A stretch of DNA of 48,589 nt from Dehalococcoidia bacterium (GTDB lineage Bacteria > Chloroflexota > Dehalococcoidia > Lucifugimonadales > UBA3495). The DNA lies in contig JAJEDS010000190.1 of the NCBI GenBank assembly GCA_022821365.1, forward strand, positions 1 to 48,589, read 5' to 3'. Positions 34,274 through 42,863 of the stretch are shown in pieces. Both the position numbers and the translations under genes were made by a program. Position 1 is the stretch's first letter; each line of letters begins with the position of its first letter. Below the pieces are notes generated by a model. The model saw only the letters and a list, made by a program, of their open reading frames with translations, ran no database searches and was not told where the DNA came from.

Positions 34274-35056
34274 ATGCCTGACAGCAAGATACTGATAATC
34301 GACGACGAATGGGAATCGGCCATCGTCAAAGCCGTCCAACGGCGACTGCAGGACGAGGGCTGGCAGACCATCATTGTCCAGCCCCAGTCCCAGTGGCTGG
34401 TGGGCGACGAGTTTGAGGACGCCACCATCTACGCCATTGAAGACGAACGTCCCGACGGCGTCCTGCTGGATGTGCGCCTTGGCGAGCACCGTGATGATCA
34501 ATTCAAAGGCCTGGAGATTCTGCGCCAGATTGTGGAGCATTACCCCACCCTGCCGGTGTTGATGTTCACCCAGTATGCCCAGGGACCGGCGAGAGATACG
34601 GCCGTCCGGGGCGCCCTGCGCTGGAACGCTCCGGTGGACTTCATTGATAAACTCGCCAGCCCCGAAGAGGTGGTGCTGCGGCTCCGCCGGTTAATGGGTT
34701 CCAGCCCCGAGCTTATACCCATAGGCGCCCACCTGCTGGTCGACGTGGGTGCGGAGACGGTATCCGCCCGCAGGGAAAGAGACGCCGTTCTGGCTCCGGT
34801 AACCGATATTCACGGAATGAAATTCGAGATCTTTCGTGAACTGGCCGCTGCCTGGTACCGCAGTCCCGGTGAACTGGTGCCCTTCAGCCGCCTGGAACGT
34901 TACTCAGAAGGGGAGGAAGCCCGCGCTTCGTTGCGGGTTCGTATCCGCGAGATCAAGATTTCCATCGGCAGGGCTTTGGGCGTGCAATTGGGGGCTAACG
35001 ACCTCATTGTGAACGTGAGGGACCGGGGTTACCGGCTGGCGCCCCCCCAAATGTGA
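34274..35056 (+). CDS. OmpR/PhoB-family response regulator (receiver with an extended alpha2 region)
   Basis: The receiver domain has ILIIDDE, LLDVRL (phospho-acceptor Asp), MFTQ and FIDKL. The winged-helix output domain has FEIFRELA...RVRIREIK...VRDRGYRL. The ORF is open from TTG 34238. Confidence 0.8.
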   Translation: MPDSKILIIDDEWESAIVKAVQRRLQDEGWQTIIVQPQSQWLVGDEFEDATIYAIEDERPDGVLLDVRLGEHRDDQFKGLEILRQIVEHYPTLPVLMFTQYAQGPARDTAVRGALRWNAPVDFIDKLASPEEVVLRLRRLMGSSPELIPIGAHLLVDVGAETVSARRERDAVLAPVTDIHGMKFEIFRELAAAWYRSPGELVPFSRLERYSEGEEARASLRVRIREIKISIGRALGVQLGANDLIVNVRDRGYRLAPPQM

Positions 35057-35060
35057 GACC

Positions 35061-36116
35061 GTGCTTTTACCTAACCTGAGGAACTCTTTGTCCTGGAGCC
35101 TACCCCGGGCCTGGGTTCATCCCGTGGGCCCCGGGGGAGTTTCCCGTCTGCTGGGAATGGTGGTCCTGGCCCTGGGCGCAGCTGGACTGGTGCTCGCTCC
35201 CTTCGTTGGCGAAGCCATGTTCACCCGCATCTGGGGAATAGAACCTCTTACCTACGTAGGGGCTGCGCTGGTCATCCTTGGCCTTGCCGTTACCACTCTT
35301 TCTTATTTTGTTTCCGAGTTACTGCGTTCCCGGCGCCAGGCAGCCGACGAGGAAACCCGCTTCGCCGAACGCTGGACCCAGGTCACCCAGCAGTATTTCG
35401 ACCTTTTCAACCATGACTTGGGCCGTCCCCTGCGTCGCATCCTGGGCAAAGAACGTGAAATCCGCGAACAATTGCAGGCCATGGGAGCAGAGGTCCCGCC
35501 TTCAGTCCGGGAGTTGCTGGACGAAATCGAGGAGCAGACACCCAGTTTCCGCCTGATGATGTCCAATATGCAGGTCCTGATTGAGCTGGAGACGCCCATT
35601 ACGGGAAAAAACCTGCACGCCGTTGAACCGGTGGAGGTCGTGCGCCGCATTGTTGACCGTTATAGCCTGGTGGCTGCCGACGCCAGCAAACAGATAGTCT
35701 GGTGGTCAGAACCCACAGACTTCGGCATCGTGTATAGCGACAGTTCGGCCATAGAGCACATAGTTACCAATCTTGTGGACAACACCGTTCGTTACGCCGA
35801 GTCCTTTGCCGAAATCGGCCTGACCAGGGACGAAAACAATTTCCACATTAGGGTATGGGACGATGGTCCGGGCATCGCCGCCCGCTACCTGCCCTACCTG
35901 TTCGACCGGGGCTGGACACCGGAAGTGGCGCGCCACGAAGAGCGAACCACCTCCGGCCTGGGCCTTTTCATCGCCCACACCCTCGCCAAGCGTTACGGCG
36001 GCGACCTGACCGTGGAAAGCATCACCGACCCGGACCCGGACCACCACACCTGCTTTACGGTAACTCTGCCGCTCCATACCAGGCCGGGCCGGAGTTCGGG
36101 GGAACCGGTGGCATGA
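35061..36116 (+). CDS. Sensor histidine kinase
   Basis: The GTG start lies 4 nt after the response-regulator stop. It has two TM segments, an H-box ([12 protein letters not shown]), an N-box (LVDNTVRYA), G1 (WDDGPGI) and G2 ([16 protein letters not shown]). Confidence 0.85.
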   Translation: MLLPNLRNSLSWSLPRAWVHPVGPGGVSRLLGMVVLALGAAGLVLAPFVGEAMFTRIWGIEPLTYVGAALVILGLAVTTLSYFVSELLRSRRQAADEETRFAERWTQVTQQYFDLFNHDLGRPLRRILGKEREIREQLQAMGAEVPPSVRELLDEIEEQTPSFRLMMSNMQVLIELETPITGKNLHAVEPVEVVRRIVDRYSLVAADASKQIVWWSEPTDFGIVYSDSSAIEHIVTNLVDNTVRYAESFAEIGLTRDENNFHIRVWDDGPGIAARYLPYLFDRGWTPEVARHEERTTSGLGLFIAHTLAKRYGGDLTVESITDPDPDHHTCFTVTLPLHTRPGRSSGEPVA

Positions 36117-37027
36117 CCTTTCCGCCCGGCGGCAGCCGGCCCAGGTCCACCCGGACCAGTACCCTCCTCTTCCGATTGCTAGTCGTGGTCAGCCTGGGCT
36201 TGGTCGCATTGCTGGGTTGCGTCCAGGTGATAGACCGGCCGGGATCCCCTACCATCGCGCCGGTTGAGACCCCCGTTCCGGTGACCCCCATACCGGCGCC
36301 GACACCTGCACCGGAACCCACCTTTACTCCGGCGCCTTCGCCCACTCCGGCGCCGACACCCAGACCCACCCTTACGCCAACACCGACACTAACGCCGGTG
36401 CCAACCCCTACTCCTACTCCGGAACCTACGCCTACACCTACGCCCACACCTACCGTCACGCCGGTGCCGGAACCTACGCCCACACCCGGGCCTACGCCCA
36501 CTTCGACCCCGGAACCGCCCATACTCATTATCGAATCGCCCCTGAACCGAAGCATAATCCGGGAAGAGTCGGTTACCATCGAGGGAATAACCAGCCTGAG
36601 AGCGTCGGTAAGTGTGCGGGGAAGGGCCGTGGCCGCCGGCGAGGAGGGACGGTTCCGGCTGTCCGTTCCCTTGGCGCCCGGCGTGAATAACCTTGACATT
36701 TTCGCCATCAATCCCGGCGGTCAGCGGCAGGGGAAGACCCTGACCTTTACCTACCTTCCGCTGGAGCCCTTCTTCCTGACCATTACCCAGCCCGACGAGC
36801 AGGACCTCAGGGTGACGCAGCCCACGATCCGCCTGTGGGGCCGCACTGCTTCGGATGCCACCGTGGCGGTGAACGGCATTTCCATTCCGGTGGACCAGCT
36901 TGGAATCTTCTCAACCACCATCAGCCTGCAGCCGGGGCCCAACGTCATAAGGGTAGTTGCCACCAGCGCAGGCGGCGCTGTTCTGCGCGAAACCCTGGAG
37001 ATCGCTTACGAAACTCCCCAACCCTGA
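36113..37027 (+). CDS. Lipoprotein with a long Pro/Thr linker and two Ig-like beta-sandwich modules
   Basis: The ATG overlaps the kinase stop (ATGA). There is a signal peptide plus lipobox (LVALLGC), a P/T-rich linker of about 90 aa, and two similar modules (VTIEGIT...VSVRGRAV...[20 protein letters not shown] and IRLWGRT...VAVNGISI...[20 protein letters not shown]). Confidence 0.75.
   Translation: MTFPPGGSRPRSTRTSTLLFRLLVVVSLGLVALLGCVQVIDRPGSPTIAPVETPVPVTPIPAPTPAPEPTFTPAPSPTPAPTPRPTLTPTPTLTPVPTPTPTPEPTPTPTPTPTVTPVPEPTPTPGPTPTSTPEPPILIIESPLNRSIIREESVTIEGITSLRASVSVRGRAVAAGEEGRFRLSVPLAPGVNNLDIFAINPGGQRQGKTLTFTYLPLEPFFLTITQPDEQDLRVTQPTIRLWGRTASDATVAVNGISIPVDQLGIFSTTISLQPGPNVIRVVATSAGGAVLRETLEIAYETPQP
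36245..36520 (+). repeat. Low-complexity ACN/CCN codon repeats encoding the Pro/Thr linker
   Basis: The translation reads [83 protein letters not shown]. The repeat lies inside the CDS. Confidence 0.8.
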
Positions 37028-37149
37028 TATACTTCGGCTCCACGAGCCGAGAGAGGCGCTGCTGACGCTTGCCACTACCAACCTTCCCCAAAACCGGCTA
37101 TCATCCTGTTAATCCTGTACATCCATGTAAATGAAGGAGGCATCCAACC

Positions 37150-37704
37150 ATGCGCACACCCGTAACGACCCGTGATATGGTTCCCGAGGAATTGCGCGAA
37201 GCCTTTGACCACGAAACCGCCAGCACCGGCGGCGCCGTAACCAGCGGCCCCGGCTCTGCCATGATCAACAGCCCGGAGATGCGCCGCCGGGCCAACAGCC
37301 TGGTTAACTACCTGCGCGACGAGTCCACCCTGCCCAAGCGCATCCAGGAACTGGCCATGATCGTTACCGCTCGGGCCAACGATTGCCAGTTCATCTGGAA
37401 CGCCCATGCCGCCGGCGCCCGCCGGGAGGGCATCCCCGATGCTTTCGTGGACGCCCTGCGGGATGGCCAGCCCCTGCCCGAACTTCGGGCCGACGAGCAG
37501 GCCGTGGTCAACTTGGGCCAGGAATTCTTCAGCACCCGCAAGGTAAGCGATGCGACCTTCCAGGCAGCCCACGACCAGTTCGGCGCTCAGGGCCTGACCG
37601 AACTTTGCACCCTGTTCGGATACTATGCCTTGCTGGCCTTCAACGCCAACACCTTCCTGATTGATTTGCCGGAGCAGCGGACGGAGGCGGTGCTGCCCAT
37701 TTAG
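37150..37704 (+). CDS. Carboxymuconolactone decarboxylase (AhpD-like) family protein
   Basis: AAGGAGG lies upstream of the ATG. The pattern ELAMIVTARANDCQFIWNAHAAGARREG...LTELCTLFGYYALLAFNANTF is typical of the CMD family. Confidence 0.75.
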   Translation: MRTPVTTRDMVPEELREAFDHETASTGGAVTSGPGSAMINSPEMRRRANSLVNYLRDESTLPKRIQELAMIVTARANDCQFIWNAHAAGARREGIPDAFVDALRDGQPLPELRADEQAVVNLGQEFFSTRKVSDATFQAAHDQFGAQGLTELCTLFGYYALLAFNANTFLIDLPEQRTEAVLPI

Positions 37705-37894
37705 GGAACCGCTGCATTAGTCGCCCAAGATGGTCTTTCCGGCGGACGCCTGTGTCAGGAAGGTCAGTGAGCCTGCGGCGCATCGGAAATAAGGCGTCGG
37801 GACACGGGCTCTGGCCGATATGAACAGGTTCTTATTTCGTATGCGGTCACCCTGATGTTCCTGCAGAGCTGCAAGTTCGGGAGCCTTTGTGTAA

Positions 37895-37927
37895 CGTCAT
37901 TCCGGACTTGACTTGGAATCCAGAAGG
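37895..37927 (+). repeat. Palindromic repeat unit, family C
   Basis: cgtcATTCCGGacttgactTGGAATccagaagg closely matches the reverse complement of 1316-1344. Confidence 0.6.
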
Positions 37928-37956
37928 TCCGGCCAAGGCGGGAGGCCTTGGCCGGA
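37928..37956. other. Strong stem-loop in a long non-coding gap
   Basis: TCCGGCCAAGG-cgggagg-CCTTGGCCGGA forms a perfect 11-bp stem. There is no T-tract on either side. Confidence 0.6.
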
Positions 37957-38373
37957 AAGATAGCCTTGTGGAACAAGAGATAACCGGTTTAGACTGTCCC
38001 TGCATCGTGGAGAAGCACCGTCGTGCGTCGTCTTGTCCCTCTGCATGACAGCCGTCTACCGTAAAAATTGTAAACCAGCTCTCCGCCGCCCTGTAGGAGA
38101 GGGGCCGGGGCGACGTCAAAGATGGGCCAAAATGAGACGAAATAAGACGAAAAGCAAAAATTCCGAACTTTGTGCCCCCTCGAGATAAGCCTTACCCTCT
38201 TATGCGGCTCCATGAAGGCCAGGGCAATTCAAGCGAGAGAAGAAATCCAGCGACCTCAGTGGTCAGTTTTCCTTAAGAACCCGGCGGTCGGCGATTTCCG
38301 GACTCCGGCTCTTGCCGGAGAGATGAGTATGTAACTTGGAATGCGATTGCCCGCAACCTCGCACCGCCAAATA

Positions 38374-38402
38374 TTGACAGGCAAAAGGCGTTAGGTTATC
38401 TT
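38374..38402 (+). promoter_or_regulatory. Candidate promoter of DUF1800-DUF1501-NHL cassette 2
   Basis: TTGACA (38374-38379), 17 nt, TATCTT (38397-38402). A perfect TATAAT at 38413-38418 is an alternative -10 but has a poor -35. Confidence 0.45.
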
Positions 38403-38537
38403 TTTTCTACCTTATAATCGGTACCAAACAACGGCCTGCAGGGAGGTTTCTCAGATAGGCGGTTGTCGGTTAGGTCCGGCCAGTAACCGGGCCAGCGGAA
38501 ACAGCGCATTGAAAGATAAAAGCTAAAGGAGGACTGT

Positions 38538-39956
38538 ATGGCTGACCAGCAAGATGTTGCCTTGATGGCCCACCTGTTGCGACGCGCCGGTTTCGGCGCC
38601 AGCCGCGATGAGATTGAGGCCAAAGCTGCCCAGGGTTACGACAGCGTGGTTGACGAACTGCTCAACCCCGACACCGTGCCCAATGTGGAAGAAGACCTGC
38701 TGATGCGGTACATGCCGGCCTATCACGAAGCGGCCGCCATCGAAACCAACATCCAGGCGTGGGTCTGGCGGATGATCAACACTCCCCGCCAGTTGCAGGA
38801 AAAGATGGCCCTCTTCTGGCACATGATTTTCTGTGCCGGCCACTCCAAGATCGACAGCGGCCAGGAAATGGGTCGCATGATCGCCATGTTCCGGGAACAC
38901 GGCATGGGCAACTTCCGCCACCTGCTGTGGCTGCTGTCCACCAGCCCGGCCATGGTCTACTATCTGGACAACAGCGAAAGCCACAAGACCAACCTGAACG
39001 AGAATTACGGTCGGGAACTGCTCGAGCTGTTCTCCCTGGGCGTTGGCAAGGACGAAGAGTTCAACTACTCCGAGGACGACGTAAAGGCCTGCGCCCGCGC
39101 CTTCACCGGCTGGAACATCGCTCCTTCCTACCCGCCCTTCCCCTATGGCCGCAGCCCCTGGGAGTTCCGTTTCGATCCGGCCGACCATGACGACAGTGAG
39201 AAGACCTTCCTGGGCGAGACCGGGAACTTGAATGGCGATGACGTGCTGGACATCATTGCCAGGCAGCCGGCCACCGCCCGCTTCCTGGCCCGCCACCTTT
39301 ACAACTTCTTCGTCGCCGACGACGTGCAGATTCCCGCCTGGCGCCTTACTCCCCCGCGGGACATGAAGGCCATCGAGGCCATGGAGAAGGCTTACTTCGA
39401 CTCCGGCTACGAGATCAAGGCCATGCTGGAAGTCCTTTTCAAGTCCGACTTCTTCAAGGCTGAGGACGTTCGCTACGCCAAGGTCAAGAACCCCGCCGAG
39501 ATGGTGGTTGGCACCATGCGCCTTGTGGGCGAACACCGGGACATCCAGCCCGGTCTGTTCGAGTTCTCCCAGGAGCCCAAGTACATGGGAATGGACCTGA
39601 TGAATCCCCCCACCGTTGAAGGCTGGCATACCGGCCGCGAGTGGATTGACAGCGGCACCCTGGTGGAGCGCATCAACTTCGCCGCCGACCTGATGGGCAA
39701 CACCGAACTCCCCGGCGTTCAGTCCCTGGTGGGTCGCCTGATGGCCCAGGGCGACACACTGACCCCCGACCAGTTCGTGGCAGGCTGCCTGGACCTGACC
39801 GGCCCGCTGACCGTTACGGATGATACCCTGCAGCAGCTTCGGACCCACGCCTCCAAGGACGGCGACTTGAGCACCGCCAACCAGGCCGAGTTTTCCCGCC
39901 GCGCCGGCGAGATGTTCCAGATGATTGCCGCTACGGCAGAGTTCCAGTTCGAGTAA
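38538..39956 (+). CDS. DUF1800 family protein (copy 2)
   Basis: AAAGGAGG lies upstream of the ATG. Motifs: LMAHLLRRAGFG, MALFWHMIF, ENYGRELLELFSLGVG and FTGWN. It is colinear with copy 1. Confidence 0.85.
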   Translation: MADQQDVALMAHLLRRAGFGASRDEIEAKAAQGYDSVVDELLNPDTVPNVEEDLLMRYMPAYHEAAAIETNIQAWVWRMINTPRQLQEKMALFWHMIFCAGHSKIDSGQEMGRMIAMFREHGMGNFRHLLWLLSTSPAMVYYLDNSESHKTNLNENYGRELLELFSLGVGKDEEFNYSEDDVKACARAFTGWNIAPSYPPFPYGRSPWEFRFDPADHDDSEKTFLGETGNLNGDDVLDIIARQPATARFLARHLYNFFVADDVQIPAWRLTPPRDMKAIEAMEKAYFDSGYEIKAMLEVLFKSDFFKAEDVRYAKVKNPAEMVVGTMRLVGEHRDIQPGLFEFSQEPKYMGMDLMNPPTVEGWHTGREWIDSGTLVERINFAADLMGNTELPGVQSLVGRLMAQGDTLTPDQFVAGCLDLTGPLTVTDDTLQQLRTHASKDGDLSTANQAEFSRRAGEMFQMIAATAEFQFE

Positions 39957-39978
39957 TACAGTAGAAGGAGAAGAGACT

Positions 39979-41115
39979 ATGGTTTCTACGCAGAAAGACC
40001 CGGTACTGGCCGTGCTGTCCCTTTCCGGCGGCAACGATGGCCTGAATACCGTGATTCCCTATAGCAACCCCCTGTATCGGGACTATCGCCCCACCCTGGG
40101 TATTCCCGAAGGGCAGATCATTCCCATTAACGACGACCTGGGGTTCCACCCCACCATGGGCCCGTTGAAGAAGTTCTGGGACGAAGGCAAGCTGGCCATT
40201 TTCCTGGGCGTCGGCTACGACAACCCCAGCTACTCCCACTTCCGGTCCATGGACATCTGGCACACCTGCGAGCCCGACAAGATCGGCACCGAGGGTTGGC
40301 TGGGTCGCGTCCTCAAGGAAATCGACCCCAATGCCGAGAACGTACTTTGCGGCGTTAACTTCGGTCGCGGCCTTCCCCGCGCACTGGTGATGGAAGGCGT
40401 GCCCGTGGCCTCCGTCGGCAACCTGGAGACCTACGGCCTGCTGACCGGCATCGACGGCGCGGACCAGCGCGACCAGGCCCTGGACGTCTTCGGTCGCATG
40501 TACTCCCCGGCCATGGGCAGCGGCGCCGTGATGGACTACATCCACAGCACCGGCACCAACGCCCTCAAGGGCGCCGACATCCTGGCCACCGCCCCCGACA
40601 AGTACACCTCCGAGGTCGAGTACTCCAACACCGTCGTGGGCCAGTACATGAAGAACATCGCCCAGACCCATTTGGCCGAGTTCGGCAGCCGGGTGCTCTA
40701 CACCACCTCGCCGTACAACAGCTTCGACACCCACGCCAACCAAGCCTCCCTGCACTCCGGCCTGTGGAGCGACGTGTCCAACAACGTGGACACCTTCTAC
40801 CAGGACCTGCGGGACCATAACGCCAGCGACAACGTCATGCTGCTCATGTTCACCGAGTTCGGTCGCCGTATCTCCGATAACGGCTCCGGCACCGACCACG
40901 GCGCCGGCGGCATCGCCTTCGTTGTGGGCGAGCACGTCAAGGGAGGCATCTACGGCGAATACCCGTCCCTGGAACCCAGCCAGCAGGAAGAGGGCGGCAA
41001 CCTCAAGTACAACATGGACTTTCGCTCCATCTACACCACCGTCGTGGAAGACTGGTTCAAGATGGACGCCCAGCCCATCGTTGGCGGTTCCTTCGAGAAG
41101 GTCAACTTCCTTTAA
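39979..41115 (+). CDS. DUF1501 family protein (copy 2, intact)
   Basis: GAAGGAG lies upstream of ATG 39979. Motifs: SHFRSMDIWHTCEP, FDTH and TEFGRRISDNGSGTDHG. No twin-arginine N-terminus is visible. Confidence 0.85.
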   Translation: MVSTQKDPVLAVLSLSGGNDGLNTVIPYSNPLYRDYRPTLGIPEGQIIPINDDLGFHPTMGPLKKFWDEGKLAIFLGVGYDNPSYSHFRSMDIWHTCEPDKIGTEGWLGRVLKEIDPNAENVLCGVNFGRGLPRALVMEGVPVASVGNLETYGLLTGIDGADQRDQALDVFGRMYSPAMGSGAVMDYIHSTGTNALKGADILATAPDKYTSEVEYSNTVVGQYMKNIAQTHLAEFGSRVLYTTSPYNSFDTHANQASLHSGLWSDVSNNVDTFYQDLRDHNASDNVMLLMFTEFGRRISDNGSGTDHGAGGIAFVVGEHVKGGIYGEYPSLEPSQQEEGGNLKYNMDFRSIYTTVVEDWFKMDAQPIVGGSFEKVNFL

Positions 41116-41128
41116 GCCCGATAGCCCG

Positions 41129-41155
41129 CAGGGGCGGGATTCAGACCCGCCCCTG
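41129..41155 (+). other. Intra-operon stem-loop between DUF1501 and NHL (copy 2)
   Basis: CAGGGGCGGG-attcaga-CCCGCCCCTG forms a perfect 10-bp stem with no T-tract. Confidence 0.55.
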
Positions 41156-41271
41156 CCCAAATGGCTTGACGGCAGCAACCGAATTGAGCCAGCGGGGGTT
41201 CCGGCTGTCATCGCTGTAGATGAGGGCCGGCGTTCCCCGAATAACATAAAGCAGAAAGACGAGGTAAGAGC

Positions 41272-42276
41272 ATGAGCACCCATTTCTTTGGTCTTACCAG
41301 CCGGACCTACGAGTACAGCCATTCCGTTGGCCGAAACGAGTTCGCTGGTACGGGGTTCCGCAACCCCTCAGACATGGCAGTGGATGCCGAAGGCACGGTG
41401 TACGTGGTCAACCGGTCCTATGAGAACCGCCCCGACGGTGTGCGGATAACGGCCTGCACCCTGGACGAGGAGTACATCAGCGAGTTCGGCACCTATGGCG
41501 AGGAAGACGGCAACTTCATCTGGCCCGCCGGCATCGCCCTCGACAGCCAGGAAAGGCTTTTCATCACCGACGAGTGGCTGAACCGGGTAACCATCATGTC
41601 CAAGGACGGCGAGTTCCTGGGCAAGTGGGGATCCGGCGGATCCGGCGACGGTGAAATGGACCGCCCGGCCGGCATCGCCATCAGCGAAGACGGTACCGTC
41701 TTCATCGTGGACAGCCGCAACTCCCGGGTCCAGAAGTTCACCCTGGACGGCCAGTACCTGGGCCAGTTCGGCAGCTTCGGCAGTGGCCCCGGCCAGTTGA
41801 ACATGCCCTGGGGCATCGACCTGGACAAGGAAGGCAACGTCTATGTGGCCGACTGGCGGAATGACCGCATCCAGGTCTTCAATTCCGATGGTGAGTGGCA
41901 GGCCAGCTACGGTCAGTCCGGCGACGGCGTGGGCCAGTTCAATCGCCCCAATGGTGTGGCAGTGGACGAAGACGGCGACATCTACGTCGCCGACTGGCTG
42001 AACGACCGGGTACAGGTCCTGGCTCCCGACGGACGGTTCGTTACCCAGATGGTGGGTGACCACGTGATGTCCCAGTGGGGCAAGGACAAGCTGCTCTCCA
42101 ACCCGGACATGATCCGGCAGCGGGCGCTGGCCTTCGCCAACGACCCGACCTACGAACGCAACTTCGCTCACCCCTGCGCCGTCCGCGTGGACAGCCAGGA
42201 TCGCGTCTGCGTCCTGGACCACACCCGCGGCCGCATCCAGGTCTACAGCAAGGTAAAGGACCCTGTCCTAGTGTAA
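41272..42276 (+). CDS. NHL-repeat (six-bladed beta-propeller) protein (copy 2)
   Basis: Repeated G.G.GQ...P.GI..D..G.VYV.D..N.R.QVF blocks. It is colinear with 5015-6013. Confidence 0.85.
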   Translation: MSTHFFGLTSRTYEYSHSVGRNEFAGTGFRNPSDMAVDAEGTVYVVNRSYENRPDGVRITACTLDEEYISEFGTYGEEDGNFIWPAGIALDSQERLFITDEWLNRVTIMSKDGEFLGKWGSGGSGDGEMDRPAGIAISEDGTVFIVDSRNSRVQKFTLDGQYLGQFGSFGSGPGQLNMPWGIDLDKEGNVYVADWRNDRIQVFNSDGEWQASYGQSGDGVGQFNRPNGVAVDEDGDIYVADWLNDRVQVLAPDGRFVTQMVGDHVMSQWGKDKLLSNPDMIRQRALAFANDPTYERNFAHPCAVRVDSQDRVCVLDHTRGRIQVYSKVKDPVLV

Positions 42277-42312
42277 CTGCCGGTCCTGTACCTTAGACCC
42301 AGGCGAAAGTTA

Positions 42313-42338
42313 AGGGGCGCACCGTGCGGTGCGCCCCT
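42313..42338. terminator. Palindromic hairpin after NHL copy 2
   Basis: AGGGGCGCACCG/CGGTGCGCCCCT, a 12-bp palindrome arm. It shares the AGGGGCG...CGCCCCT ends with the hairpin after NHL copy 1. Confidence 0.5.
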
Positions 42339-42342
42339 CATC

Positions 42343-42409
42343 CATTAGTGCTCATTCGTGCCCATTCGTGGATAAATCCCCTTCGTGGTTCTTCGTGTCC
42401 TTCGTGGAT
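42343..42409 (+). repeat. ATTCGTG-repeat element, family A, long direct form
   Basis: CATTAGTGctcATTCGTGcccATTCGTGGATAAATCCCCTTCGTGGttcTTCGTGtccTTCGTGGAT. It is nearly colinear with 11363-11429. Confidence 0.8.
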
Positions 42410-42412
42410 GAC

Positions 42413-42763
42413 TCAGTCCGCCGGCGGACCCTCCGGCATCCCGTCGTCAATCCACCGGGCGATTTCGTCCACCTCGTCCCTGGTGATGAAGGGGCCGCGC
42501 AGGGGCATTTTGCCGAAGGTGCCCACGCCCCGGTATAGGGAACGCACAAAGTGAGTGTCCCGTCCGGCAACGCCCGGTTCAATGGCCCGGAAACCGTTCA
42601 GCACTGCGTTCCTCAAGTCTTCGGGCGTCTCCCAGTAGTATTCGTGGATCCCCGGGTAAGGCTCCCGCCCCCACCGTTCCTTCCACCGTTCCATGATGTC
42701 GGCGATGATTTCCTTGACCCTGGGCCAGTAAACGGGTTCCAGGTTCTCGTTGGGCTGCGTCAT
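42413..42763 (-). CDS. Hypothetical small protein (116 aa)
   Basis: The ORF has coding-like composition. The C-terminus reads FGKMPLRGPFITRDEVDEIARWIDDGMPE. I cannot make a confident family assignment. Confidence 0.5.
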   Translation of the reverse strand: MTQPNENLEPVYWPRVKEIIADIMERWKERWGREPYPGIHEYYWETPEDLRNAVLNGFRAIEPGVAGRDTHFVRSLYRGVGTFGKMPLRGPFITRDEVDEIARWIDDGMPEGPPAD

Positions 42764-42863
42764 TGACTGCGCTCCTGGCTTTACTTACATGGATAGGCAG
42801 GATGAGCAGAATCTTTCCTTCTCAATAATCCTGTATATCCTGTCCATCCTTGTTTGAATTTTT

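Noticed and set aside
36245-36520. Tandem-repeat-like DNA (ACN/CCN-rich) as a non-coding satellite or contingency locus.
   Set aside because: It lies in frame inside the lipoprotein CDS and encodes a Pro/Thr linker. The repeat units are imperfect at the nucleotide level, so simple slipped-strand phase variation is unlikely.
38337-38352. Reading TGGAATGCGATTGC as a sigma-54 (-24 GG / -12 GC) promoter.
   Set aside because: The GG-to-GC spacing is one base short of the TGGCAC-N5-TTGC consensus in cassette 2, and it does not fit at all in cassette 1 (TGGAATGCGATAGTCTTGC). A good sigma70-type -35/-10 pair lies downstream in both cases.
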